A stretch of 64,000 nucleotides of DNA from Candidatus Eiseniibacteriota bacterium (lineage in GTDB: Bacteria; Eisenbacteria; RBG-16-71-46; CAZAMP01), in assembly GCA_965224245.1 (NCBI GenBank), contig OZ245046.1, positions 3,104,001-3,168,000 of the forward strand. Direction: 5' to 3'. The translations under genes were made by a program, and so were the position numbers. Position 1 is the first letter of the stretch; every line of letters starts with the position of its first letter. The notes under the pieces were generated by a model. It was not told the origin of the DNA and did not search any database. It worked only from the letters and a program-made list of their open reading frames with translations. This document shows positions 47,901 to 56,598 of this stretch, one piece after another.

Positions 47901-49923
47901 CGATCGGGACGATGGACTCGGACTGGTCGGGGTCGTCGAGCGGGAAGCGGGAGAGATCGACGAACGTGCCACCGTCGTTGCGGTAGATGGCGTTCCGCTC
48001 GTCGTATCCGCTGATCGCCAGGTCGGCGTCCCCGTCGAGATCGAAGTCGGCCCAGGCGGGGCTCACCGCGGAGAGCGTCGTCCCGAAGCCCGGGTACGCC
48101 GCGAACGCCCCACCGCCGTCGTTCCGCAGGACGGTGGTGCTCGCGAGGACGACGTTGGCCAGCGCGAGATCGAGATCCCCGTCACCATCCGGGTCGCCCC
48201 ACGCGATCCCGTCGCCCGAGCCCACGTCGTCGAGTGGCGGAGTGGTCACGTCCACGAACGTTCCGCCGTCGTTTCGAAAGAGCTGGTTCGGTGACAGCTC
48301 GTTCGTGAGGTAGAGGTCGGGGTCGCCGTCGAGGTCGACGTCCGTCCAGGCGGCCCGGTATCCCTCGACGATCGTGTTCATGATCGCGGGGGTCGCGTCG
48401 ACGAACGTACCGCCGTCGTTGCGGAGCAGGCGATTGTCGGCGTCGTGATTGGCGAGGAACAGATCGACGTCACCGTCCCCGTCGTAGTCCGCCGCGGCGG
48501 TGCCCACGGTCTCGCTCGGATCGTCGAGAGGGGCGACCGTGGCATCGACGAACGTGGCGCCGTCGTTGCGGAAGTAGTGGTTCGTTCCTGCGTTCGAGAC
48601 GTAGAGATCCAGGTCGCCGTCGTCGTCGAGGTCCACCCAGAGCGAGCCCCAGCTGAACAGACCGTCGTCGAGCGGGGCCACGGTCGCGTCCACGAAGGTG
48701 CCGGCGTCGTTGCGCAGAAGCTGGTTCGGCGTCGCGCCGCCCCCCGAGAGGTACACGTCGGCGTCGCCGTCTCCGTCGTAGTCGCCGGCGGACACCGCCA
48801 CGCTTCGATCCTGACTGGCCACCGCGGCATTGGTGACGTCGGTCCAGAAGGGAAGCGGGCTCCGCCAGGCGAGTCCCTGCGACGCCACGCCGTCGACCGA
48901 GGAGAACTGGCCGCCCACGAAGAGATCCCCTCCGCGCACGACCACGTGCCATGGCAGACCGGACACCGACGCCTCTTCGGCCCAGGCCACGCCGTCCCAT
49001 CGCGCGAGACCGTCGAGCGAGGTGCCTCCAGAGCCGGTGAAGGTCCCGGCGGCGAGAAGCTCGGTGCCGTCGCTGGTGAGGCCGACCGGACCGAACCCAC
49101 CCTCGAGACCGTCCCCCATCGCGTGCCAGTCGATCCCGTCGAAGCGCACGATACCCTCGATGGGCTGCCCGTTTACCTCGTCGAAGGTTCCACCCACGAC
49201 GAGATCTCCGGCGAGCTCGGCCAGCGACCAGATGGTCGGCTCGAAGCCGTTGTCGAGAAGGGTTCCGAGGAAGCTCCAGCTGGTCCCGTCCCAGCGCCGC
49301 AGGTCGGTCCCGAACCCGCCGCCCACGATCAGGTCGCCGTCCCAGGGGAGGAGCGCGAGCACGTCGCCGGTCACGCTGCCGATCGACGACCAGACGGCGC
49401 CGTCCCACCGGGCGATGTTGCCCACCGCGACACCACCCGCCGAGGAGAAGAACCCGCCCACGATCAGATCACCACCGTAGGTGGCGAGGGCCAGCCCCTG
49501 CGTGGGAGAGCCTCCGGTGAGGCCGGATCCGAACGCACTCCACGTCGTTCCGTCCCAGGCTGCGATGCCGTTCGCGGACACGCCTCCAATGCTCGTGAAC
49601 TCGCCCGCGGCGACGAGGAGATCGCCGTACATCATCAGGTCGAAGACCGCGGGGCTGGACCCTCCACCGGCATCGCCGAGGTCGCGCCAGCTTCCACCCG
49701 CCCACACCGCGATGCTGCGGATCGACTCGGATCCCGCCATCGTGAAGTCCCCGCCCACGGCGAAGCCGTCGCCGTACTCGATCATGGCGTAGACCGAGCC
49801 GTCGATCCCGAGCCCCGAGGGCGGGGCATCCAGCAGCGTGTTCCAGGAGTCGGCACTGGAAGAGAGCGGCACCGCGACGAGGGCCGCGACGATCGGTTGG
49901 GAGACGGAGCGAGCTCGAAGCAT
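44944..49923 (-). CDS. Giant secreted protein: WDG-repeat propeller + two FG-GAP/ASPIC-UnbV modules + BACON-like + propeller + CTD
   Basis: AGGAGG RBS before ATG at 49923; L.VGG.F...IA.WDG repeats; many DYDxDGDxDLY..N.L.RNDG repeats; two HWLQV.L.G..SN..GAR ASPIC/UnbV motifs; CTD ending HKLTVLR. Confidence 0.88.
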   Translation of the reverse strand: MLRARSVSQPIVAALVAVPLSSSADSWNTLLDAPPSGLGIDGSVYAMIEYGDGFAVGGDFTMAGSESIRSIAVWAGGSWRDLGDAGGGSSPAVFDLMMYGDLLVAAGEFTSIGGVSANGIAAWDGTTWSAFGSGLTGGSPTQGLALATYGGDLIVGGFFSSAGGVAVGNIARWDGAVWSSIGSVTGDVLALLPWDGDLIVGGGFGTDLRRWDGTSWSFLGTLLDNGFEPTIWSLAELAGDLVVGGTFDEVNGQPIEGIVRFDGIDWHAMGDGLEGGFGPVGLTSDGTELLAAGTFTGSGGTSLDGLARWDGVAWAEEASVSGLPWHVVVRGGDLFVGGQFSSVDGVASQGLAWRSPLPFWTDVTNAAVASQDRSVAVSAGDYDGDGDADVYLSGGGATPNQLLRNDAGTFVDATVAPLDDGLFSWGSLWVDLDDDGDLDLYVSNAGTNHYFRNDGATFVDATVAPLDDPSETVGTAAADYDGDGDVDLFLANHDADNRLLRNDGGTFVDATPAIMNTIVEGYRAAWTDVDLDGDPDLYLTNELSPNQLFRNDGGTFVDVTTPPLDDVGSGDGIAWGDPDGDGDLDLALANVVLASTTVLRNDGGGAFAAYPGFGTTLSAVSPAWADFDLDGDADLAISGYDERNAIYRNDGGTFVDLSRFPLDDPDQSESIVPIDYDGDGDLDLFQASYGDVNRLFRNDESPGNHWLQVDLVGVLSNHFGVGARLELTAGGVMQVGEVRADTGAHGQSPYTVSFGLGSATTVDLLRVRWPSGLVQDLTPSVDQRIVVTEAMEVTDWTDATAAPIDDASSARGVAWGDTDGDGDADLYVTNLSSSNLLFRNDGGSFVDVTSGPAGDAGEGSGTTLADYDNDGDLDLYLVNFNEPSKLLRNDGSHVFADVTVAPLDDSGPSRFAPWGDYDDDGYVDLYVLRTGANLLLRNDAGTFSDVTAGPIGDTRSARGGAWGDYDDDGDLDFYVGNNSTSTNVLLRNDGGGSFADATGGPLDDTDGTRGVSWIDYDNDGDLDLHVVNSLAADRLFRNDGYGIFRDVTAGLLQGTMGNGNRGGVWLDFDNDGDLDVLLLDASDSQLFENEGGGVFVPVQMGSIAFSGVPVAAAVSDYDLDGDVDVYVGSIGANQLLRNDTDTGAHWLQVSLEGVTSNRAAIGARVELTAGGVTQTRMVSAGEGYLAQNDLVAHFGLGANTTIDEVRVRWPSGAISVETPTVDQRIALVEPPAVMTFGPDSLEAELPEGFVSALALELENAPDSPPLGWAVAVDAACPWISVSPPAGTIVGGDSETLTVTLDAAGVTTGVYECPLTITSSDPMQPEVAVPLTVTVGDVVGPAPIDGAIATRSTAIGVELVVVDFASIPRLGGEIADPIGHTGVPGYLPGLAIDPTGAIFASSNANDHLYRLDGESGASMDLGSLGTGSPLGSLAFDDTGTLWGVGITGGTLYQVDPVTLVVTVPFEGLMYLATGLVYDPALDRLLSVAALTSTYVFEIDRETGAFTLIAQFSTEIVDLAAASDGTIYGVDGVGFYEVNVVGEYTTFLGYLHGGVGLASWPVVLASSDPPTLAPVVAAVRPAAPNPLRGTTWIGLELPVAGRVTVDLYDAGGRFVRTLSRAHHAAGTHRIRVDGHGLSSGLYFYQVTVPGLRSTHKLTVLR

Positions 49924-50126
49924 GGGGATCCTCCTGAGATCTGGCGTCACCCTCCCCAATGCCGGCGGGACCGAGGTGTGACACCCTCCCGGCCGTGCCG
50001 CGCCGGCTCATCGGCCCCGGCGGCTGGTGCCGTTGCTCGTCACCCCCCGGCCCATCGGCGCTCTCGTCTCGAGTGTCCATGCCGGCTACACTCTCCAGCC
50101 GTCGACGAGCCGGAGAGAGGAGACCC

Positions 50127-51008
50127 ATGCGACCGACCACGTCCCTCGGGTGGATTCCGCTGGCGGCAGTGCTCGCCGCGGCGGCCGACCCCCACGAGAC
50201 CCCTCTCGCGGTCCGCGAGGCGACCGATCGAGCCGGAACGAACGCCGCGGCCATCGAACGGGTGTGGCGCGAGACCTCCCCGGCCCATCGCCCTGGAGTG
50301 GAGTTCCTCCTCCGGCACATGCCGCGCCGGGACATCACGTCACTCCCGGCGGCCTTTCTGGAGGAGAACGTCCGCCTCGCCTATGCGGCGTACGACAGCG
50401 CACCGTGGCGGAACGAGATCCCTCAGGAGATCTTCCTGAACGAGATCCTGCCCTACTGCTTCGTGACCGAGGAACGGGCCCCCTGGCGAGCCGAGCTGGC
50501 CGAGCGTTGCCGCCCGCTGGTGGCCGGCGCCACCTCACCCTCGGAGGCCGCCGCCCGGCTCAACCGGGAGATGTTCCCGGCGTTCGGCGTGACGTACTCC
50601 CAGGAGCGGTCCCGGACCGACCAGAACGTGCGCCAGGTGCTGGACGAGGGCTTGGCCACCTGCACCGGGCTCTCGGTGCTGCTCGCGAGCGCCTGTCGCT
50701 CGGTCGGGGTGCCGGCTCGGCTGGCCGGGACACCGATGTGGCCCGACAGCAGCGGCAACCACACCTGGGTCGAGATCTGGGACGGAGAGTGGCACTTCAC
50801 CGGCGCCGCCGAGCCGACGGGCGCGGTGCTCGACAGCGCCTGGTTCGTGGAGCGAGCCCGGACGTGTCCGGAGGACGTGCCCGGGCACGCCATCTACGCG
50901 ACGAGCTACGCTCGCACCGACACGCCCTTCCCCATCGCCTGGGCCGACTCCGTGAAGGACGTCTGGGGCGTGAACGTCACGCAGCGCTACGCGCAGGATC
51001 GGCCGTGA
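50127..51008 (+). CDS. Exported transglutaminase-like protein
   Basis: GAGGAG RBS; ATCTGLSVLL..ACRSVGVPAR (Cys), GNHTWVEIW (His), NVTQRY. Confidence 0.85.
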   Translation: MRPTTSLGWIPLAAVLAAAADPHETPLAVREATDRAGTNAAAIERVWRETSPAHRPGVEFLLRHMPRRDITSLPAAFLEENVRLAYAAYDSAPWRNEIPQEIFLNEILPYCFVTEERAPWRAELAERCRPLVAGATSPSEAAARLNREMFPAFGVTYSQERSRTDQNVRQVLDEGLATCTGLSVLLASACRSVGVPARLAGTPMWPDSSGNHTWVEIWDGEWHFTGAAEPTGAVLDSAWFVERARTCPEDVPGHAIYATSYARTDTPFPIAWADSVKDVWGVNVTQRYAQDRP

Positions 51009-51064
51009 CCATCACCGGCTGATCCCGTCCGCTCCGCCCGCCGTGCGCCGGAGCTTGGTGGCGG

Positions 51065-52786
51065 TCAGGGCGCGACCCAGCGATGCCGTCTATTCGTCTC
51101 CAGATCGGTGTGCAGGGTCGACGCGCCGTCCGGCCACCGGACCCGCACGGAGTCGACGACCGCGCAGTCGCCGAGCCCGAAGTGGAGCCGAAACGAGCTC
51201 TGCGACTGATACGTCGAGCCGCTCCGAACCTCCCGGACCTGCTGCCTCCCGGCGGCGTGAAGCGTCGCGAGCGCGCCGATCGCCGCGCTCCCCCGCGCGT
51301 CGACGAGGTCGAGGACGAGCCAGCGCCCCGATCCCGACGCATCGTTGCGAAACAGGAGCGGGCGGCAGTCCATTCCGGTCACCACGGCATCGACGTCGCC
51401 GTCGTTGTCGTAGTCGCCCATCGCGAGCCCGCGGCCGGAGATGGGGAGTCCGAGTCCCGGAACGTCCGAGGCATCGACGAACGCCCCCGCGTCGTTCCGG
51501 AACAGGAGCGGCGCCTGTGCATAGGTCTCGTCCAGCTCGGCGACGTCGTCGACCTGAGGGAAGATGTGGCCGTTGATGATCAACAGGTCCAGGTCCGCGT
51601 CGTTGTCGTAGTCGAAGAACGCGCAGCCCCAGCTCAGCGGACGGTAGGAGACGCGATCGATGTCGTGTCCGGCCGTCACGTCCTGGAAGAACAGACCTCC
51701 GGCGTTGTGGTAGAGCGTGGAGTGATCGAATGCGAAGTTCGTGACGAAGATCTCCTGCAGACCGTCGCCGTCCACGTCCCCGGCGTCGACGCCCATCCCC
51801 GCCTGAGCGGATCCATGGTCGCTGAAGCCCGCTCCGCTCCAGGCGCCGACGTCGGCGAAATGCCCCGAACCGTCGTTCCGATAGAGGAAGTTCTGGTTGG
51901 AGTCGTTGGCCACGTACACGTCCACGTCTCCGTCGGCATCGAGGTCCGAGGTGAGCACGCCGAGGCCGTACGCCTCGGCGTCGTCGGTGAACCCGCTCTC
52001 GTCGGTGGCGTCGGTGAACGAGCCGTCTCCCTCGTTCCGGAAGAACCGGTCGCGTCCGCCACGGAGCCCGAACGGGCCGATCATGACGTCGACCTTTCCT
52101 TTCCAACGTCCCGTTCGTTCCGCGCCGTGGACGTCGTCCTCGGAGCAGTCGATGTAGTTGGCCACGTAGAGATCGAGATCCCCGTCGCCGTCGGCATCGA
52201 AGAACGAGGCCCCTGCGCCCCATCCGGGCTCGTCGACGCCGGCGCCGGCTGCACGCTCCTCGAAGCTCCCGTCACCGCGGTTGCGATAGAGGCGATTGGG
52301 TCCGAAGTTGGTCACGTAGAGGTCGACGTGACCGTCGCCGTCGTAGTCGCCGGCGCACACGCCCGCGCCCCAGAGATCGTCACCGACCCCGGCCTCCGCG
52401 GTCACGTCCTCGAACAGATGCCCCTCCCAGTTTCGAAACAACCGGTTCTCGCCCCGGATCGCGACACCGGAGGGGGACTCGTCGAGACGCCACGCGTTGA
52501 CCACGTAGAGGTCGAGCCAGCCGTCGGCGTCGTAGTCCACGAACGCGACCCCGGTGCCGACGGACTCCAGGATGTGGTCCTTGTCCCGACCTCCGGCCCA
52601 GGTCGTCACCTCGAGACCCATCGGCTCGGCGATCTCGACGAAACCCCCCGTCCCCGCGGGGATCGGGGACGGCTCGTCGCGCGCGCAGGAGATGGAGAGC
52701 AGCGCCCCGACGACGAGAGGGGCGCCCACCCACGATGCCGCACGGGTATCCGGAACGCGGATCGGCCCGCGCCGTCGATGCCGCAA
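51065..52786 (-). CDS. CRTAC1-family FG-GAP/ASPIC-UnbV lipoprotein
   Basis: LLSIS-C lipobox; DYDADGWLDLY repeats, AQAGMGVD, GRGLAMGDYDNDG, AIGA..SQS..LHFGLG..VRWPDG. Confidence 0.9.
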   Translation of the reverse strand: MRHRRRGPIRVPDTRAASWVGAPLVVGALLSISCARDEPSPIPAGTGGFVEIAEPMGLEVTTWAGGRDKDHILESVGTGVAFVDYDADGWLDLYVVNAWRLDESPSGVAIRGENRLFRNWEGHLFEDVTAEAGVGDDLWGAGVCAGDYDGDGHVDLYVTNFGPNRLYRNRGDGSFEERAAGAGVDEPGWGAGASFFDADGDGDLDLYVANYIDCSEDDVHGAERTGRWKGKVDVMIGPFGLRGGRDRFFRNEGDGSFTDATDESGFTDDAEAYGLGVLTSDLDADGDVDVYVANDSNQNFLYRNDGSGHFADVGAWSGAGFSDHGSAQAGMGVDAGDVDGDGLQEIFVTNFAFDHSTLYHNAGGLFFQDVTAGHDIDRVSYRPLSWGCAFFDYDNDADLDLLIINGHIFPQVDDVAELDETYAQAPLLFRNDAGAFVDASDVPGLGLPISGRGLAMGDYDNDGDVDAVVTGMDCRPLLFRNDASGSGRWLVLDLVDARGSAAIGALATLHAAGRQQVREVRSGSTYQSQSSFRLHFGLGDCAVVDSVRVRWPDGASTLHTDLETNRRHRWVAP

Positions 52787-52794
52787 GGCCTCGC

Positions 52795-53334
52795 CTACTC
52801 TTCCGGAGCGAGGGCGGCCTCGACCAGGGCGTCGAGTGTGCTCCGGGCTTCGGCGATCTGCTCGGCGGTGGCGGAGGCCCCGAGCCGAGCCACGGCGCCG
52901 GCATGGTCGAGCAGCGCTTTCTTCTCGTCGGGGTCGACGAAGACGTAGTCCGCCTCGCTCTCTGCGTCGCTGTGGTGATGGTGGTGATGATGGTGCCCCG
53001 CCTCCGTCAGGGCCTGCCGCACGGCCTGCACGGCCTTCCCTCCTTCGGTGGCGACCTTCGTGATCTCACCGGCCGCCGCTTCGAGGTTCTTGGCGACGTC
53101 CTGACCCGCCGTCGCCCGGGCGAAGTAGTGGACGGCCATCATGTGGTGGTTCGTCAGAATAGTCGCGACCAGTCCGTTCTCGGCCTCGCGGAGCTCGATC
53201 AGCGACCTCGCGAGGTGCTCGTACGTTTGCGCGAGAACGGCTTCCTCGGGGTTCTCGTCGGCGGCGATCGACGAGCCGGCAACCGCGACCATCAGCAACA
53301 CGACAGAGAAAAAAACGGCGATGGGCTTCATCAC
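52795..53334 (-). CDS. Exported helical protein with a His8 tract
   Basis: Signal peptide, GAGGAG RBS, AGHHHHHHHHSD encoded by mixed CAC/CAT codons; ends 8 nt before the CRTAC1-like gene. Confidence 0.78.
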   Translation of the reverse strand: MMKPIAVFFSVVLLMVAVAGSSIAADENPEEAVLAQTYEHLARSLIELREAENGLVATILTNHHMMAVHYFARATAGQDVAKNLEAAAGEITKVATEGGKAVQAVRQALTEAGHHHHHHHHSDAESEADYVFVDPDEKKALLDHAGAVARLGASATAEQIAEARSTLDALVEAALAPEE

Positions 53335-53643
53335 GTGCTCCTCTCGGCAATCGCCCCGGCCTCCGATCCATCCGGCGGGCGTGGCCCGCCGCGGATCTGT
53401 TGAACGATACCGGCGACTCTATTCCCCGGAAACCAGCCGCTTCAAGCCGGTTCTTGCCGGGTTTCGATTGCGGCGCGGTTGCAGCCGCGCATCGCGACGA
53501 GACCGGCGGTCCGAAGCCGATCGTCGCTCGTGTCGCCGAACGCGACGCGCGAAGGGCGTCGAAGAAACCGCTGGCGCCCGCCGGTCACCACGGGTACCGT
53601 CCTGAGCCCCGTTCCGGTTCGACCGCCATCGTTGGAGATCGCC

Positions 53644-56460
53644 ATGAACCGGCACGTCCGCTGGCTGCTCCTCTCGGCCATGCTCGTCCCGATCCGATCC
53701 GCCTCGGCGGACGAGTCCACGCTGCGCCTCGGGGGCCGGGTTCCCGCCGTCGACCGTCTCCTCGCTCACGTGACGTCGGAGTCCGTCGACGAGCCGGCGA
53801 CGATCGACGTCGTCGTCTTCTGGGCCTCCTGGTGTCCCAACAGCCGCGACGTGCTCACGCAGCTCGACGCCCGTCGGGCGGAGCTGTCGGGCGCACGGAT
53901 CCTGGCGGTGGCCACCGAGCCCGAGTCCGTCGTTCGCACCTTTCTCTCGACGGCCCCGTGGTCACGGCTCGACGTGACCGTCGACGACGATGGCGTCCTT
54001 CGCCGAACACTGATGGACGCCGCCGGCCACGACGGACCACTGCCGTTCGGCTTCGTCATCGAGCGCGCGGAGTCCCGTCTCCTGTGGCACGGTCCGCTCC
54101 GCCGGCCCGACGATCCCGATCCCGACGAGGCCTTTCTCGACGTGATCGAGCGGGTGCTCTCGGGTCGCTACGACCTCGACGCCGCCATCTCCGACGCGGA
54201 GCGTCGGGCGGCGTTCCGCGATGCGATCGCGTCCCTCGAACAGGCTCACGAGGCATCCGACGTCGACGCCGCGGTCGAGGCTCTTCGCGGCGCGTTCCCG
54301 GCGCCGCCGCGCGACCTCTCGCGCGAGGCCATCTCGGCGCTGAACGGCGTCGCCTGGAGCCTCGTCACCTCCGAGGGGCGATCGCCCGAGGATGTTGCCG
54401 CGGGGCTCCGCGCCATCGAGCTGGCGATGAGGTTCGGCGCCGACTCCGATCCGCTCGTCATCGACACCCATGCCCGCGCGGTGTACGAGACGGGCGATCT
54501 CTCACGGGCACACGAGATCCAGAGTCGAGCGGTCGCGCTGTCGCGCGGGCAGCCGGTCGAGGCCGAGCTCTCGGCCACGTTGCGGGCCTATGCCGCCGAG
54601 CTTGGGCTGGAGCCCGATCCCCCGAGCGCGACGCCGGAGACTCCCGAGGCACCGTCAGCGTGGACGGGCTCCATCAACCTCGTGTTCGACGCGTTCGAGA
54701 AAGCGACGTCGATGACGATCGTTCGTCCGGCCCCCGGGGATTCCACCGAACGCGCGGCCTGGGACGAGGAGATCCAGGCCCTGACGTCGCGGCTCTTCGA
54801 CGGCGTCCCGGTCACCGGAGCCGCCGAGCTGTCCATGGTCGATCGCGAGGAGCGCGTGCTCGTCCTCTACGGAACACCCGGATCGAACCCGGTGATGCGT
54901 GAGGTGCTCGATCATCATGGCATCGTGCTGGAGGCGGACCACGTCTCGTTCGGGGATCAGACCGTTCACGCCCCGTCGGCGTCGCTGATCGCGGCACTGC
55001 CCTCGCCGTGGAACCGAACACTTCCGCTCGTTCTCTATGCGGGTCATGCCGACTCCGCCGCGCACGGGCTCAACCGGATCTTCCACGGTCCGACGGCCGT
55101 GTTCGTGGGCTCCGGCGCGTCCGGGCGTCCGGGTGCCGTCCTGTCCGCGAACGTCACGCTCGATGCCGACGGCCGGGTGACCGCCCTCGCCATCGGTCCG
55201 CGAACGCTGTCCGCCGGCGAGGCGATCGCGGATCTCGCACAGCTCCACGAGCTCCTTCGGGCCAGCTACGCGGGGTACGACGACATCGCCTGGCAGCTGC
55301 GCTCCGCCGGCTCCTCCTGGACGGCCCGCACCGACACCTTCCGAGAGGACCTCGCCACGCGCGATCGCTGGAGCTGGACCGAGGTGTTCGACCGGCTCGA
55401 GGCCTATCTCGACCCCGTGCAGGACTATCACTTCCACATGCGCGGCACCGGCGATTCCGACCGCGGCGTGGTCGAGCGGGATGCGCATCGGGTCCGCTCG
55501 TTCGTCGCCCGGTTCACGGACCTCCGGGTCCACGTGGTGGATGGCACGGCCCGCGTCGCGGTCGCTCCCGACTCGCTCGCCGCCGTCATCGGATCGACGC
55601 TGCCGGACGTGGAGGTGGTGGGAACGCCGATCGAGGTCGCGCCTCTTCGGCCCTATCTGTTCCCCACGCTCCCCGCCCCGGGAGAGCCCGACGACGCGAC
55701 CTTCCTGCTCGGCGTGCTGGCTCCGGTCGAGGAGGATCCGCCGGCGACGGTAGAGGTCGCGCTCTCCCGCGAGGGCGACGCCCAATCGTGGGCGATCCCC
55801 CTGCATCGCGGTCGCGTGCGCTTGCCGCGGCAGCGCACCGCCTGGAGCGTCCAGGTTCCCCCGGATGCCCCGCTGCCGACGCTCTCGGTGCGCACGATGC
55901 ACGCTCCGAGCCTGGCCGGGCTTCCCGGATCCGCCGACTCGCTGCGCGTGCTGTCCGAGCTCGTGCTCGACCTCCGCGCGAACGGTGGCGGATCGGATAC
56001 CCCCGCCATGCAGTGGTGCTCCCGCCTCAGCGGGCAGCCGTTCCGCTGGGAGTGCGGCGCGTCGATGAACGTGGCCGAGCCGGACCCCCGACGGCGCTGG
56101 ACGTCTCACCTGGACGGCTGGCTCACTGGCATCGAGCCACGGGCCCCCGAGCCGTACGGCGGCCGGCTCCTCGTGATCATCGACAACGGGGTCGCCTCGT
56201 CGGGTGAGACGTTCGCGATGCTGGCCGGTCAGATCGAGGGAGCCGTGATCGTGGGCGAGAACACCGCGGGCTGCACGAGCTACGGCAACGTGGGCACCCA
56301 TGGCCCGCTCGCGAACAGCCGGATCTCGCTCTCGTTCGGGCGAACCCGGTTCGTTCCCGAGTGCATCCGCCCCACGCGCGAGGGCGTGGGGATGTTCCCC
56401 GACTACTGGCTCGACGATCCCCGACCCCTCGAGGCGCTGGCGCGCCGACCGCCGCGCTGA
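53644..56460 (+). CDS. Exported TlpA-like redoxin - TPR - S41 peptidase fusion
   Basis: Signal peptide; VVFWASWCPNS; LNGVAW..IDTHARA TPR-like segment; C-terminal LVLDLRANGGG, VASSGE, GENTAG and GVGMFPD S41 motifs. Confidence 0.78.
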   Translation: MNRHVRWLLLSAMLVPIRSASADESTLRLGGRVPAVDRLLAHVTSESVDEPATIDVVVFWASWCPNSRDVLTQLDARRAELSGARILAVATEPESVVRTFLSTAPWSRLDVTVDDDGVLRRTLMDAAGHDGPLPFGFVIERAESRLLWHGPLRRPDDPDPDEAFLDVIERVLSGRYDLDAAISDAERRAAFRDAIASLEQAHEASDVDAAVEALRGAFPAPPRDLSREAISALNGVAWSLVTSEGRSPEDVAAGLRAIELAMRFGADSDPLVIDTHARAVYETGDLSRAHEIQSRAVALSRGQPVEAELSATLRAYAAELGLEPDPPSATPETPEAPSAWTGSINLVFDAFEKATSMTIVRPAPGDSTERAAWDEEIQALTSRLFDGVPVTGAAELSMVDREERVLVLYGTPGSNPVMREVLDHHGIVLEADHVSFGDQTVHAPSASLIAALPSPWNRTLPLVLYAGHADSAAHGLNRIFHGPTAVFVGSGASGRPGAVLSANVTLDADGRVTALAIGPRTLSAGEAIADLAQLHELLRASYAGYDDIAWQLRSAGSSWTARTDTFREDLATRDRWSWTEVFDRLEAYLDPVQDYHFHMRGTGDSDRGVVERDAHRVRSFVARFTDLRVHVVDGTARVAVAPDSLAAVIGSTLPDVEVVGTPIEVAPLRPYLFPTLPAPGEPDDATFLLGVLAPVEEDPPATVEVALSREGDAQSWAIPLHRGRVRLPRQRTAWSVQVPPDAPLPTLSVRTMHAPSLAGLPGSADSLRVLSELVLDLRANGGGSDTPAMQWCSRLSGQPFRWECGASMNVAEPDPRRRWTSHLDGWLTGIEPRAPEPYGGRLLVIIDNGVASSGETFAMLAGQIEGAVIVGENTAGCTSYGNVGTHGPLANSRISLSFGRTRFVPECIRPTREGVGMFPDYWLDDPRPLEALARRPPR

Positions 56461-56598
56461 CGACGGGCAATGGCGCGCCAGACACGGAGGCCCACCGGCA
56501 TCCGCCGACTCCGGGCCGACCGGCGATGCGCGTTCAAACCCTTCCACCACCCGCAACGTCTCACCGATCGGTGGCATTTGGTGGAGGAGGGTCTGCCC

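Noticed and set aside
44944-52786. Recurring GTCGTAGTCG/CCGTCGTTGCG nucleotide repeats as CRISPR or tandem DNA repeats
   Set aside because: They are codon-level echoes of FG-GAP protein repeats (DYDxDGD, RNDG) inside CDSs, degenerate and in frame.
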